Source: a virus (lineage: Duplodnaviria; Caudoviricetes). Taken from it: DNA of 64,000 nucleotides. Positions within the stretch are counted from its first letter, which is position 1, and every line of letters begins with the position of its first letter. Position numbers and translations under genes: made by a program. Shown piece by piece: positions 1 to 9,569 of this stretch. The notes under the pieces were generated by a model, which made no database searches, was not told the origin of the DNA, and saw only the letters and a list, made by a program, of their open reading frames with translations. The stretch covers positions 35,347 to 99,346 of the IMG/VR virus record IMGVR_UViG_2675903043_000002; one strand, written 5' to 3'.

Positions 1-1146
1 GGATCAAAGGCAATGGTTCGCAACGGATGCAGGCACACCGCAGGGCGGGGTCATTTCGCCCATTCTGATGAACATGACCTTGGATGGCCTAGAAGAACAA
101 CTCATTGCTCGCTTCCAGACTTCCAAGTTTGGTAAGCGCAGCCAGTACGTGGCGGACAAATACCAAGTCAACTTCTGCCGTTATGCTGATGACTTCATCA
201 TTACCGGTAAATCCCAGGAAATACTCGAACATGAAGTGCTGCCTTTGGTGCAAGATTTCCTGCGCCAACGCGGTTTGGAACTCTCTTCGGAGAAAACCCG
301 CATCATGCATATCGACGAGGGTTTTGACTTTCTTGGTCAAAACGTCCGCAAGTACAAAGGCAAGTTGCTGATCAAACCATCACGCAAGAACATTCTCGCG
401 TTTCTGGAAGATATACGCAAAACCATCAAGAGCAACGCGCAAGCCAAGACGGAATACTTGATTGGGCTGCTCAACTCGAAAATCCGGGGCTGGGTGAACT
501 ACCACAAGACTGTCGTGGCCAAGCAGGCATTCGAATGGATAGATATGCAAATCTTCCATGCATTATGGCGATGGGCAGTGCGTCGTCACCCCGCAAAAGG
601 GAAACGATGGATAAGACAACGTTACTTCAAGTGTATTGGCCAACGCCAATGGCACTTTGCGGCGGACTTCATAAACCATCGTGGCGAGCGCAAGCAAAAG
701 CGCCTTCTGTATGCCGCATCAACCCCCGTTGGCAAACGGCATATCAAAATACGGGGCGCAGCCAATCCGTATGACCCGCAGTATGAGCACTATTTTGAGA
801 AGCGCAGAGGGTACCGCATGCTGGACACAAGCCGGCATACGCGGCGCTTGGTCAGATTATACGCTGAACAGGGCGGGGTTTGCCCCGTCTGTAAACAGCC
901 CATTTATCTTGAACAAGGGTTCAATGTCCACCACATCGTACCCCGTGTGATGGGTGGTAGTGACCGTCTCTCAAACTTGATACTGCTGCATCCGAATTGC
1001 CACCGCCAAGTGCATAGCCAGAATTTGAACGTTGTGAAACCGGCTCCCCATAAGGAGCTTTGAAAGGCTTGAGCCGGATGAGATAGAAATACTCATGTCC
1101 GGTTCTTAGGGGGCGATGGTGTAGCGATGCACTGCTGCTACCCGAC
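1..1146 (+). mobile_element. Group II intron (3' part; IIB/chloroplast-like type)
   Basis: RT ORF followed by domain V GAGCCGGATGAGATAGAAATACTCATGTCCGGTTC (1071-1105) and domain VI ending CTACCCGAC (1146); 5' end lies outside the window. Confidence 0.93.
2..1063 (+). CDS. ltrA: Group II intron reverse transcriptase/maturase with C-terminal HNH endonuclease (5'-partial)
   Basis: Frame is open from base 2: GTPQGGVISPILMN, RYADDF, GFDFLG, maturase X (IRGWVNYH), CPVC...HHIVP...NLILLHPNCHRQVH. Confidence 0.95.
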   Translation, partial: DQRQWFATDAGTPQGGVISPILMNMTLDGLEEQLIARFQTSKFGKRSQYVADKYQVNFCRYADDFIITGKSQEILEHEVLPLVQDFLRQRGLELSSEKTRIMHIDEGFDFLGQNVRKYKGKLLIKPSRKNILAFLEDIRKTIKSNAQAKTEYLIGLLNSKIRGWVNYHKTVVAKQAFEWIDMQIFHALWRWAVRRHPAKGKRWIRQRYFKCIGQRQWHFAADFINHRGERKQKRLLYAASTPVGKRHIKIRGAANPYDPQYEHYFEKRRGYRMLDTSRHTRRLVRLYAEQGGVCPVCKQPIYLEQGFNVHHIVPRVMGGSDRLSNLILLHPNCHRQVHSQNLNVVKPAPHKEL

Positions 1147-1203
1147 CATGGCAAATCGGGTGAAACGAGTTCATTTTCAGCCAATCAACCCTCGCAGGAA
1201 TAA
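1147..1203 (+). CDS. Probable 3' exon (C-terminal 18 aa) of the phage portal gene interrupted by the intron
   Basis: HGKSGETSSFSANQPSQE* starts right after the intron end and stops 2 nt before the S49 ATG; portal precedes the protease in lambda-like gene order. Confidence 0.6.
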   Translation, partial: HGKSGETSSFSANQPSQE

Positions 1204-1205
1204 CC

Positions 1206-2462
1206 ATGCAGTTACCCCATATTGCAGCACGCCTCTACGGCACGCCACTGCTCATCAATCGTTCCAAATTGGATGTGATTCTGTCGGTGCTTGGTAGTCG
1301 CATTGGTGGATCGGATACTAATATGATCGTACCATTATCTGCTCGCCGCGATCAACCAACGGGCAGTAGTGGTGTAGCAGTCATTCCCGTACAAGGCACA
1401 CTGGTCAAGCGCACGCTGGGACTGGAAGCTGCCTCGGGACTCACAAGTTACACCGAGATTCAAACCCTACTGAGTGCAGCGCTGCGCGATCCCTCTGTAC
1501 GCGGCATTCTACTCGATGTCGATTCTCCAGGAGGCGAAACGGGCGGCGTATTCGAGTTGGCTGAATTTATCCGTACAGCCTCAACGATTAAGCCTATCTG
1601 GGCGATCGCTAACGATAGCGCCTTCTCCGCAGCATATGCCATTGCGTGTGCTGCATCCAGAATCATCACCACGCGTACAGGTGGCGTAGGCAGTATCGGC
1701 GTCATCGCCCTGCACGTCGATCAATCCGCAGCCGACAGTAAAAACGGTCTTCGCTACACCGCGATCACGGCAGGTGCACATAAAAGTGACTACTCGCCGC
1801 ATGAGCCATTATCGAGCGAGGCACAGGCACGACTCCAGGCAGAGGTAAACCGCCTGTATGACTTGTTTGTGGCTCATGTCGCCACCATGCGTGCTGTTTC
1901 AGAAGACTCAGTGCGCGCAACCGAAGCAGGCCTCTACTTCGGCCCAGAAGCGATCCAGACAGGTCTTGCAGACAGTCTCATGAGTTTTGATGAAGTGCTC
2001 ACCGAATTTAACACTTTTCTTACCCCGCAGGGCCGTTCGCGCAGTCCGGCCCGGGCGCAAACTCAGGTCGGCTGCGCAACCCATCACAAGGAATTCAACA
2101 TGCCAGAAAATCATGAAGCACCTGATGAACAGACACACGAACGCGACGCAAATGTCGAAACCAATTCGACTCTTGAGGCCACCGCATCGGTTACAGATTT
2201 TCGCGAGGAAATACGCCGCGAGACGCAAGCGATCGCGGAGCTATGCCTCATCGCAGGCTGCCCGGCTAAAGCAGCTGAGTTTATCGCGCAAGGTTTGAAT
2301 GAAGCTCAAGTGCGTCAATTGCTGCTCACGATGAAAGCAACCCATCAGTCAGCGGAGATTCTTTCTACCATCGACCCCGATAAGACTGCAATTCAGGAAC
2401 CGGCTGCGTCTGTCCATAACCCACTGATTGCCGCAGTCAAAAAAATTTCTGTCAAGGAGTAA
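1206..2462 (+). CDS. Prohead protease, S49 peptidase with C-terminal scaffold (lambda C/Nu3-like)
   Basis: LDVDSPGG, SAAYAIA, GVGSIGV motifs; position before the decoration and capsid genes. Confidence 0.93.
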   Translation: MQLPHIAARLYGTPLLINRSKLDVILSVLGSRIGGSDTNMIVPLSARRDQPTGSSGVAVIPVQGTLVKRTLGLEAASGLTSYTEIQTLLSAALRDPSVRGILLDVDSPGGETGGVFELAEFIRTASTIKPIWAIANDSAFSAAYAIACAASRIITTRTGGVGSIGVIALHVDQSAADSKNGLRYTAITAGAHKSDYSPHEPLSSEAQARLQAEVNRLYDLFVAHVATMRAVSEDSVRATEAGLYFGPEAIQTGLADSLMSFDEVLTEFNTFLTPQGRSRSPARAQTQVGCATHHKEFNMPENHEAPDEQTHERDANVETNSTLEATASVTDFREEIRRETQAIAELCLIAGCPAKAAEFIAQGLNEAQVRQLLLTMKATHQSAEILSTIDPDKTAIQEPAASVHNPLIAAVKKISVKE

Positions 2463-2468
2463 CGCATT

Positions 2469-2843
2469 ATGGCTGTTATTAATGAATCCCTTTATCTTGG
2501 CGACCTCGTCAAATACGAAGAAAGCCACCGCTATTCGCGCAGACAGGAATTGGTCGCATCCGGCCAGAATCTGGGTTTAGGCACCGTTGTTGGACGCAAA
2601 ACAAGTGACGGCAAGATTTATGCCTTGAACCCTGCTGCCACTGATGGCACCCAGACTGCAGTAGGTGTTCTGATCGAAGCAGTCGATGCCACACTGCTCG
2701 ATAAAGACGGCCTCATTCTTGCACGCCATGCCATCGTCGCGGATAAAGCCTTGGTATGGCCTGCCGGCATCACCAATCCGCAGAAGATCACCGCCCTCAC
2801 CCAACTTGAAGCTAGCGGCGTACTGGTCTATCAAAGCGCTTAG
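2469..2843 (+). CDS. Head decoration protein (lambda D-like)
   Basis: 124 aa, GTVVGR...ATDGTQTAVGVL; between protease and capsid. Confidence 0.85.
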   Translation: MAVINESLYLGDLVKYEESHRYSRRQELVASGQNLGLGTVVGRKTSDGKIYALNPAATDGTQTAVGVLIEAVDATLLDKDGLILARHAIVADKALVWPAGITNPQKITALTQLEASGVLVYQSA

Positions 2844-2861
2844 CCTACCTGGAGAACACCT

Positions 2862-3866
2862 ATGCAGAATCCCTTTCTCAATCCCGCTTTCTCGATGGCA
2901 AGCCTCACCGCTGCCATTAATCTCATCCCCAATCGCTATGGGCGCATTGGTGAGTTAAATTTATTTAATGCCAACCCGGTTATCCAACGCAACATCGTGG
3001 TGGAGGAAATACATGGCATTCTGAATCTGCTGCCTACTCTACCCCCTGGTTCACCTGGCACGGTCGGCACCCAGGGCAAACGTAAAGTGCGCTCTTTTAT
3101 TGTGCCGCACATTCCACATGATGATGTGGTGCTACCGGAGGAAGTCCAGGGTATCCGTGCTTTTGGCTCAGAAAATCAACTGGAAGCCATTGCCGGCGTG
3201 ATGGCACGTAAACTTGCCACCATGCGCAACAAGCACGCGATCACTCTGGAACATCTGCGCATGGGCGCACTCAAAGGTCAGATCCTTGATGCCGATGGCA
3301 GCGTGATCTACGATCTTTTTACTGAGTTCAACGTCACGCAGTCCACGATTAACTTCCAGCTAAGCAGTAGCACGACCAAGGTCAAAGTTAAATGCAATGA
3401 AGTGCTGCGCACTATCGAGAAGAATCTGTTGGGTGAAGTAGCGACCGGCGTGCGCGTATTATGCTCGCCACAGTTCTTCGATGCGCTCACCTCTCACGAT
3501 AATGTCGAGAAGGCGTTTGCGTTTTATCAGCAAGGCGCAGCCCTGATCGATGATACGCGTAGCGGGTTTCGCTTCGGTGGACTCGTATTTGAAGAGTATG
3601 TCGGTTTTGCTACCGATGCAGCCGGCACCATACGTAAATTCATTCCGGACAATGAAGCGATCGCGTTTCCCGAAGGAACGCTCGATACATTTGCTACTTA
3701 TTTTTCCCCAGCGGATTTCAATGAAACGGTCAATACTTTGGGTCAAGAACTGTATGCCAAGCAAGAGCCGCGCAAATTTGAGCGTGGCACCGATCTGCAC
3801 ACGCAGAGTAATCCCTTGCCGATGTGCCACCGCCCAGGCGTACTACTGAAACTCACGGCTTCCTGA
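2862..3866 (+). CDS. Major capsid protein (lambda E family)
   Basis: PHIPHDDVVLPEEVQGIRAFG, TLEHLRMGALKG, TQSNPLPMCHRP. Confidence 0.93.
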   Translation: MQNPFLNPAFSMASLTAAINLIPNRYGRIGELNLFNANPVIQRNIVVEEIHGILNLLPTLPPGSPGTVGTQGKRKVRSFIVPHIPHDDVVLPEEVQGIRAFGSENQLEAIAGVMARKLATMRNKHAITLEHLRMGALKGQILDADGSVIYDLFTEFNVTQSTINFQLSSSTTKVKVKCNEVLRTIEKNLLGEVATGVRVLCSPQFFDALTSHDNVEKAFAFYQQGAALIDDTRSGFRFGGLVFEEYVGFATDAAGTIRKFIPDNEAIAFPEGTLDTFATYFSPADFNETVNTLGQELYAKQEPRKFERGTDLHTQSNPLPMCHRPGVLLKLTAS

Positions 3867-4144
3867 TGAACGTTACCGATCTGTACGAAGCCGCTGCTCG
3901 TAATCAACTGTTAACATCGGTCACAGTTGGTAGCGTGACCATCCAGTGCGCCTTTCGTGCACCTGCTGAAACAGTCCTCGATGGGCTAGCGCTTTCACGT
4001 GATTACCATATCGAGTATCCCACTTCCTGGCTCACCTTGACCATCGGTGATTTAGTACAGATTGCGGGTGAATCTTACAAAGTACGCGAAGTGCGACAAA
4101 TTCGCGACGGCAGCGAAGCAAGAGCCACTCTCTCAAAATTATAA
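3866..4144 (+). CDS. Head-tail joining protein
   Basis: Likely start is the ATG overlapping the capsid stop (TGATG); GD..QIAGESYKVREV..DG pattern. Confidence 0.7.
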   Translation: MNVTDLYEAAARNQLLTSVTVGSVTIQCAFRAPAETVLDGLALSRDYHIEYPTSWLTLTIGDLVQIAGESYKVREVRQIRDGSEARATLSKL

Positions 4145-4581
4145 TGCAAAGTATCCGCGAACAAATCATCCAGAAAATCGTCGCCAAGCTTACTCCAGTA
4201 GCTACGCTTCAGGGTGCAACCATTCAACGCCAACCGACTATTCCGACCGATCGATCGAGACTTCCCGCACTGTTGGTTTTTCCAGAGATGGAAGCCGTGC
4301 AACGCATCAATGAACGTAGTGAGCGGGAACTGGCACTCCGCATCGTGGCGCTGGCTTGTGGCACCGTAGTGGAAGAGCCAGAGCCTATTGCCGATCGATT
4401 GTTAGCCGCTGCCCATAGTGTATTGATGACATATAGAAATCTTGATGGTCTGGCACAAAGCTTGGAAGAGCTCGATTGTGAGTGGCAGCAAGATGACGCC
4501 GATATGGCGTTGGCTGCCATGCCCGCCCGCTACCGGATCACCTATCGCACACTCACTCATGATTTAACGCAGAAAGGATAA
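4144..4581 (+). CDS. Putative tail terminator / minor tail protein
   Basis: MQSIREQII start, LPAL motif, position before the tail tube gene. Confidence 0.6.
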   Translation: MQSIREQIIQKIVAKLTPVATLQGATIQRQPTIPTDRSRLPALLVFPEMEAVQRINERSERELALRIVALACGTVVEEPEPIADRLLAAAHSVLMTYRNLDGLAQSLEELDCEWQQDDADMALAAMPARYRITYRTLTHDLTQKG

Positions 4582-4586
4582 ATGCC

Positions 4587-4805
4587 ATGTATCGCATCAA
4601 ACTTCTCAAAACTCACACCCATGAAGGCCAAGTGCATTTCGCGGGCCATGTACTCGAAGTCGATGAAATGACCGCTTCCTGGCTGATCCAGTACAGTGTT
4701 GGCAAAGCAGCCGATGAGATTGCCAGCTCATCTTCAGAAGATCCCGCTTCATCAAATATAGATGTTCCAACTAAAAACAAACCCAATCGCAAAGTAAAGG
4801 AGTAA
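4587..4805 (+). CDS. Small phage structural protein
   Basis: 72 aa with RBS, HTHEG...G..LEV...A.WLI pattern, in operon. Confidence 0.6.
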   Translation: MYRIKLLKTHTHEGQVHFAGHVLEVDEMTASWLIQYSVGKAADEIASSSSEDPASSNIDVPTKNKPNRKVKE

Positions 4806-4808
4806 TCC

Positions 4809-5561
4809 ATGGCATATTTCTCTGGACAAGGCCGTGTCTTTATCGGTAGCCGCGATACTAACGGTAACCCTGCAGGACTCACTTTCGTAGGTAATGTGCC
4901 CGATCTCAAGGTATCGATTTCAGTCGATACGCTTGAACACCAGGAATCCCAATCCGGACAGCGTTTGACCGATTTGCAGCTGATCCGAACCAAGAAAGGC
5001 GAGTTCGCCTGCACCCTCGAAGAATGGATTCAGTCTAACCTGGAACTGGCATTATATGGCTCGACCACGATTGTGGCGAGTGGCACTGTAACGAGCGAGC
5101 TATTGCCCAATCCGGTCACCCTTGGCAGTCTCAATCTTCTCTCCAAGCAGAATGTATCGAGCGTGGTAGTCAAGGATTCGAGTGGCACACCGTTAACTTT
5201 ACCTTCAACACAATACACGGTAAACGCAAAACACGGCTCCCTCATCATCAACGACAAAACTGCCGGTGGCCCCTATACCGAGCCGTTCAAGGTCGACTAT
5301 AGCTATGGTGCAGCCAATATCACGGCCATGTTCACTCAACCTCTACCGGAACGTTGGGTGCGTTTTGAAGGATTGAATACTGCTGATTCTAATCATGAGG
5401 TTGTAATCGATCTGTATCGCGTGGCGATCAACCCAGCCAAGGAGTTATCAGTGATCGGCAACGATCTGATGAAATTCGAGCTATCGGGTCAAGTGCTAGC
5501 TGATCTCACCAAATCGGCTACAGGACAGTTTGGGCAATTCGGTCGGGTCATTCTGCTATGA
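4809..5561 (+). CDS. Major tail tube protein
   Basis: YFSGQGRVFIG...GNVPDL...EHQESQSG; position. Confidence 0.8.
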   Translation: MAYFSGQGRVFIGSRDTNGNPAGLTFVGNVPDLKVSISVDTLEHQESQSGQRLTDLQLIRTKKGEFACTLEEWIQSNLELALYGSTTIVASGTVTSELLPNPVTLGSLNLLSKQNVSSVVVKDSSGTPLTLPSTQYTVNAKHGSLIINDKTAGGPYTEPFKVDYSYGAANITAMFTQPLPERWVRFEGLNTADSNHEVVIDLYRVAINPAKELSVIGNDLMKFELSGQVLADLTKSATGQFGQFGRVILL

Positions 5562-5947
5562 GTGATAATAATTTCTCAGCCCTACCACCGGTTGCAACCT
5601 CTATCGTCGTTAATGATGAAACAATTGACATCACTCCCATCAAGATAGGCGAACTGCCTGCATTCAGTCGCGCGGTGCAACCGATAGCGGCTCATCTTTC
5701 CGCTTCTCCTGATTGGCTGGCGCTGATCGCAGAACATGGCGATGCCCTCATCGAGGCCTTGACTATTGCTGCTCGTCGTCCCCGCGACTGGGTCGCCGAA
5801 CTTGAATTGGATGATGCCGTGAAGTTGGCATCCACTGTGTTTGAGGTCAATGCCGATTTTTTTATCCAGCGCCTGCTGCCAAGCGTAATGGAAGCGGCAG
5901 CCAGGCTCGAAACACGAATGGCTGGGCGGATGCCATCCAGCAACTGA
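5558..5947 (+). CDS. Tail assembly chaperone (gpG-like)
   Basis: Follows the tail tube gene; EVNADFF contains the slippery heptamer T TTT TTT (5857-5863). Confidence 0.8.
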   Translation: MSDNNFSALPPVATSIVVNDETIDITPIKIGELPAFSRAVQPIAAHLSASPDWLALIAEHGDALIEALTIAARRPRDWVAELELDDAVKLASTVFEVNADFFIQRLLPSVMEAAARLETRMAGRMPSSN

Positions 5948-6129
5948 TCAGCGCGGGTCACTCGTACGAGAGCATCAGGGATTACACCCTGGCGCAGGTG
6001 TCTGCGTTTTTAGTAGCCATCGATCGACACGAAGCAAGATCTCTCGCCAATCTACTCACGGTAATCGCTGCCGGCAGCCAAGGCTCCAACGACACCATCA
6101 CCAAAATAATGAAGCAATTGTCGTGCTAA
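5863..6129 (+). CDS. -1 frameshift extension of the tail chaperone (gpGT-like)
   Basis: -1 frame is open from the slippery site to TAA 6127-6129: ...GWADAIQQLISAGHSYESIRDYTLAQVSAFL...; absent from the ORF track. Confidence 0.75.
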   Translation, partial: YPAPAAKRNGSGSQARNTNGWADAIQQLISAGHSYESIRDYTLAQVSAFLVAIDRHEARSLANLLTVIAAGSQGSNDTITKIMKQLSC

Positions 6130-6773
6130 AAATCTCGTTAAGCCGTGCAGGCTTGCTTGATCCTGCCAAGTTGTCCTCATGGTCGCTATCCAAACAGGTC
6201 AACATTCGCAAAGCAGTCACAGCTGGAATGCGTGCAGAAAGCAGGCAATTGGTCGAGAGCGTGCGTAACCAAATGAAGGCTGACTTCACCGTCAAGCAGC
6301 AAAGATTTCTCAGATCGGTGCGCGCTCAAGTATTTGATCGTAACCCAAACAAGTTACCTGCATTGCTCATCGGTTCCAAAATTTCCTGGCTAGGGGTACA
6401 TATGCGCGGAGGAAACATTGCAGGTCGCATGCTGATTCCGCTCACGGAAGAAGGTCGCCGTATCGGGCGGCGCGCATTCAAACGAATAATCGACGCCCTC
6501 ATTTCCTCCGGAAATGCCTATTTCATCCAGAAGAATGGCAAGGCCATTCTGATGGCCGAGAACATCCAAGAGAATCAACAACAGCTTCGCCGCTTCAAGC
6601 GTGCTGAAAGAGTTCGTACCGGCGCTAAATCCATCAAACGTGGTCAAGAAATTCCTATCGCTGCGCTGGTACCACGCGTGAGCCTGCAGGCGCGTTTTGA
6701 TCTAGCCCAAGCTGTGCAAAGGCAATTACCGGGTCTCGCCCGCAATATCGAAACAAAACTGAAAACCATCTGA
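6123..6773 (+). CDS. Basic phage protein (DUF6441-like tail component)
   Basis: R/K-rich 216 aa between chaperone and tape measure. Confidence 0.55.
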   Translation: MLKISLSRAGLLDPAKLSSWSLSKQVNIRKAVTAGMRAESRQLVESVRNQMKADFTVKQQRFLRSVRAQVFDRNPNKLPALLIGSKISWLGVHMRGGNIAGRMLIPLTEEGRRIGRRAFKRIIDALISSGNAYFIQKNGKAILMAENIQENQQQLRRFKRAERVRTGAKSIKRGQEIPIAALVPRVSLQARFDLAQAVQRQLPGLARNIETKLKTI

Positions 6774-6774
6774 C

Positions 6775-9348
6775 ATGCCCAACGATCGTGCGCAAATATT
6801 GATCACCGCGGTTGATCAAACCAAGTCTGCCTTTGATTCAATCCGCGGTAATCTGAGGCGCCTGGGTGATGAATCCAGTCACCTGCAAACCCTGCTCGCA
6901 GGGCTGGGTGTGACGCTATCAGCAGGTGGCTTCGTTGCTTTCGTCAAGGATGCCATTAATAGCGCCGATCAGCTCAACAAGCTGTCACAGAAGATCGGCA
7001 TTTCGGTCGAAGCGCTTTCTACTTTGCGCTTTGCTGCCGAGTTGTCCGATGTGAGCCTGGAAACGTTACAGAAAGGCATCAAGATACTCTCGCAAACTAT
7101 AGTTGAAGCAAATAGTGGTGCAGGCAGAGGCGCGCAAGTGTTTGATGCGCTCGGTATTTCCGTCAAAAATACTGATGGCTCACTCAAGTCAGCCGAACAA
7201 ATTTTACTGGAAGTGGCCGATGTGTTTGCTACATTGGAGGATGGCACCGTCAAGACCACACTCGCGGTCGAACTGTTCGGCAAAGCAGGCCAGGACATGA
7301 TTCCGCTGTTGAATCAAGGCAAAGCTGGCATCGAACAACTGCGACTGGAAGCAGAGCGACTGGGGCTCAAACTTGATACAGAAACGGCACGATCAGCCGA
7401 AAGCTTCAATGACAATTTGGCAGCTCTCAAAGCTTCTGCCTCCTCTTTGGGCATAGCGCTTGCTGGTGATTTCTTGCCGGAACTCACCAACATTACCAAC
7501 GCCATGCGTATGGCTGCCAATGAAGCGGGTGTGCTCAAAGCGATATGGGTCGGACTGGGTGGCATCGGTAACCTCATCTTCAATGGCAGCGAGATCAAAC
7601 AAGCACAAAGCGAAGTTCAGCGGTTGCAAGAGTTAGTCGATTCTACTCGGCAGAAACTTGCAACCGGTAAAACGAAGATACCCTTGCTGCCTTTTGATGT
7701 GCAATTCAACGATCAGGCACTGGCGGTACTGCGGCGCAATCTCGTGAAGTATGAGCAAGAACTGGCTCAGGCGCAAAAACGTCTGGGTAACCTCACCCGT
7801 TCGGAGCAAACGGAGCCAAAACCAGCAGCAAGCCCGACCGAGGATATGCAGCGCATCGCCTGCATTGTTTCCGGTGGCCATTGGGTCAACGGCCAATGCA
7901 TCAAAAAATCGGCTGGGCGTATCCAGGAGCCAAATACCCTCTCCGCTCGCATGAATCTGATCAAGGCAGAATCAGAGACTGAACTCAAACTGATCAAGCA
8001 GGGTCTGGAGCTAGCACAAAAAGCTTATGATCGAGCACTTGATGAGCGCCTCATTTCCATCCGCGACTTTTATGCTGTCAAGACAGTTATCGACCAACAG
8101 GCTATCGATGCAGAAATCAGTTCAATACAGCAAGAACTATCAACACAATCGAATTTCGCCATTCGAGGACGTGATGAGAACGAGCGCCTGCGCGCCATGG
8201 CTGAAGTCAGAAAACTGGAAGGCGAACTGACAATACTCAACCAGAAACGCACGGAAATTGAAATCGCTAATGCCCATGCTGCGGCCAAAGCCGAAAAAGC
8301 ATTGGCTGACGAGTTATCCAAAGTGCGCGAGCGATTGGCGGGAATACGCGGTGTAGCTGGCAACGAGGTATCACGCGAGCGCTTGCAACGTGAGTACCAG
8401 CCCTTGCTTGAGCAATTACGTGCCGCTAAGGATGAGCAGGGTGAAAGCGATGTGCTGCAGCTGATCGATGTGCAATCGGATTTAGCTTCTCTTTCAAAAC
8501 TTGAAACAGAATTTCAGGCAGCGCTCGCGCGTATGCACACTCAGCAAGATAGCATCAACATCAAACGCCAAGCGGGCTTACTCACAGAGTCGCAAGCACG
8601 CAGCCAGATCAATACGCTTTTGCAACAGACTGCGGCCGAAATGGATGTGCTGCTACCGAAGATGCAAGCCTTGGCAGGTAGCGCCGGAGGTGAAGCAGTC
8701 AACCATGTTGCGAGACTGCGCAATGAAGTAGCGCGAATGCGCATCGATACCGATCAATACGTTCTGCGCTTCGAGGGCGCCACGCGTAATGCACTACAGG
8801 GATTTTTCAGCGATATCGCACTCGGTTCCAAAGATGCCTTCGACAACATGGTGCAAACCTTCAAGGTGGCCATAGCCAACATGGTAGCAGAGGCGTTAGC
8901 CGCTCGGTTGATTGATTCCCTTTTCGGTGGATTGAGAGGCGCCGGTTCAATAGTAGGATCCCTATTTGGTGCAATAACCGGAAGCTCCACTCCTATCAAG
9001 AAGGCTACAGGCGGTCTGATATCAGGTCCTGGCACTGACACGTCGGACTCCATTCCGGCTCGCCTTTCCAATGGGGAATATGTCATTCGTGCCGCCGCGG
9101 TCAAGCAAGTTGGCGTGGGTTTTCTCGATGCGATCAACAATATGCGTTATCTAGCGTTAGCACCAAGCTACTTACCTACCCGGCTGAATTTCGCTGAAGG
9201 CGGGCTTGTGTCTACCAGTGGTTCTTCCGCTAGAAATGCAGCTACTTCCGTTAACTTGAACTTACAACTACATCCTGAGGCGCTCCATATCACGCTGCGC
9301 GATTGGTTGGAGAGTGAACTTGCACGCATTGCTGTGGGCGGCAGATGA
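6775..9348 (+). CDS. Tail tape measure protein
   Basis: ITAVDQT start, Ala/Gln/Leu-rich coiled coils, ATGGLISGPGTDTSDSIPARLSNGEYV. Confidence 0.93.
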   Translation: MPNDRAQILITAVDQTKSAFDSIRGNLRRLGDESSHLQTLLAGLGVTLSAGGFVAFVKDAINSADQLNKLSQKIGISVEALSTLRFAAELSDVSLETLQKGIKILSQTIVEANSGAGRGAQVFDALGISVKNTDGSLKSAEQILLEVADVFATLEDGTVKTTLAVELFGKAGQDMIPLLNQGKAGIEQLRLEAERLGLKLDTETARSAESFNDNLAALKASASSLGIALAGDFLPELTNITNAMRMAANEAGVLKAIWVGLGGIGNLIFNGSEIKQAQSEVQRLQELVDSTRQKLATGKTKIPLLPFDVQFNDQALAVLRRNLVKYEQELAQAQKRLGNLTRSEQTEPKPAASPTEDMQRIACIVSGGHWVNGQCIKKSAGRIQEPNTLSARMNLIKAESETELKLIKQGLELAQKAYDRALDERLISIRDFYAVKTVIDQQAIDAEISSIQQELSTQSNFAIRGRDENERLRAMAEVRKLEGELTILNQKRTEIEIANAHAAAKAEKALADELSKVRERLAGIRGVAGNEVSRERLQREYQPLLEQLRAAKDEQGESDVLQLIDVQSDLASLSKLETEFQAALARMHTQQDSINIKRQAGLLTESQARSQINTLLQQTAAEMDVLLPKMQALAGSAGGEAVNHVARLRNEVARMRIDTDQYVLRFEGATRNALQGFFSDIALGSKDAFDNMVQTFKVAIANMVAEALAARLIDSLFGGLRGAGSIVGSLFGAITGSSTPIKKATGGLISGPGTDTSDSIPARLSNGEYVIRAAAVKQVGVGFLDAINNMRYLALAPSYLPTRLNFAEGGLVSTSGSSARNAATSVNLNLQLHPEALHITLRDWLESELARIAVGGR

Positions 9349-9569
9349 TGGCAACACTCAGCGCTTATCCATCTCAAGTGCATGCTGACGCCACCGCTCT
9401 GCTCGTTTATCAGGGACAACCCAATCGCACGGTGAACTGGAATCTGGTCGGATCAGGATCCGTCACACCCTTGTCAAACTGTACCGATGAAACCGGCAAA
9501 GCTGGCGCCCTATACCAGCCGGGAACAGCAGGCGGTACCGTCAAGGTGGAGGTGACAGCCGGTGCTTGA
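9345..9569 (+). CDS. Small Ig-like (Big-1-like) tail protein
   Basis: TLSAYPSQVHADA...TDETGKAGALY...VKVEVTA. Confidence 0.55.
   Translation: MMATLSAYPSQVHADATALLVYQGQPNRTVNWNLVGSGSVTPLSNCTDETGKAGALYQPGTAGGTVKVEVTAGA

Noticed and set aside
1-1146. RT as a diversity-generating retroelement or retron serving the phage tail genes
   Set aside because: It has maturase and HNH domains and intron domains V/VI; no TR/VR pair was noticed
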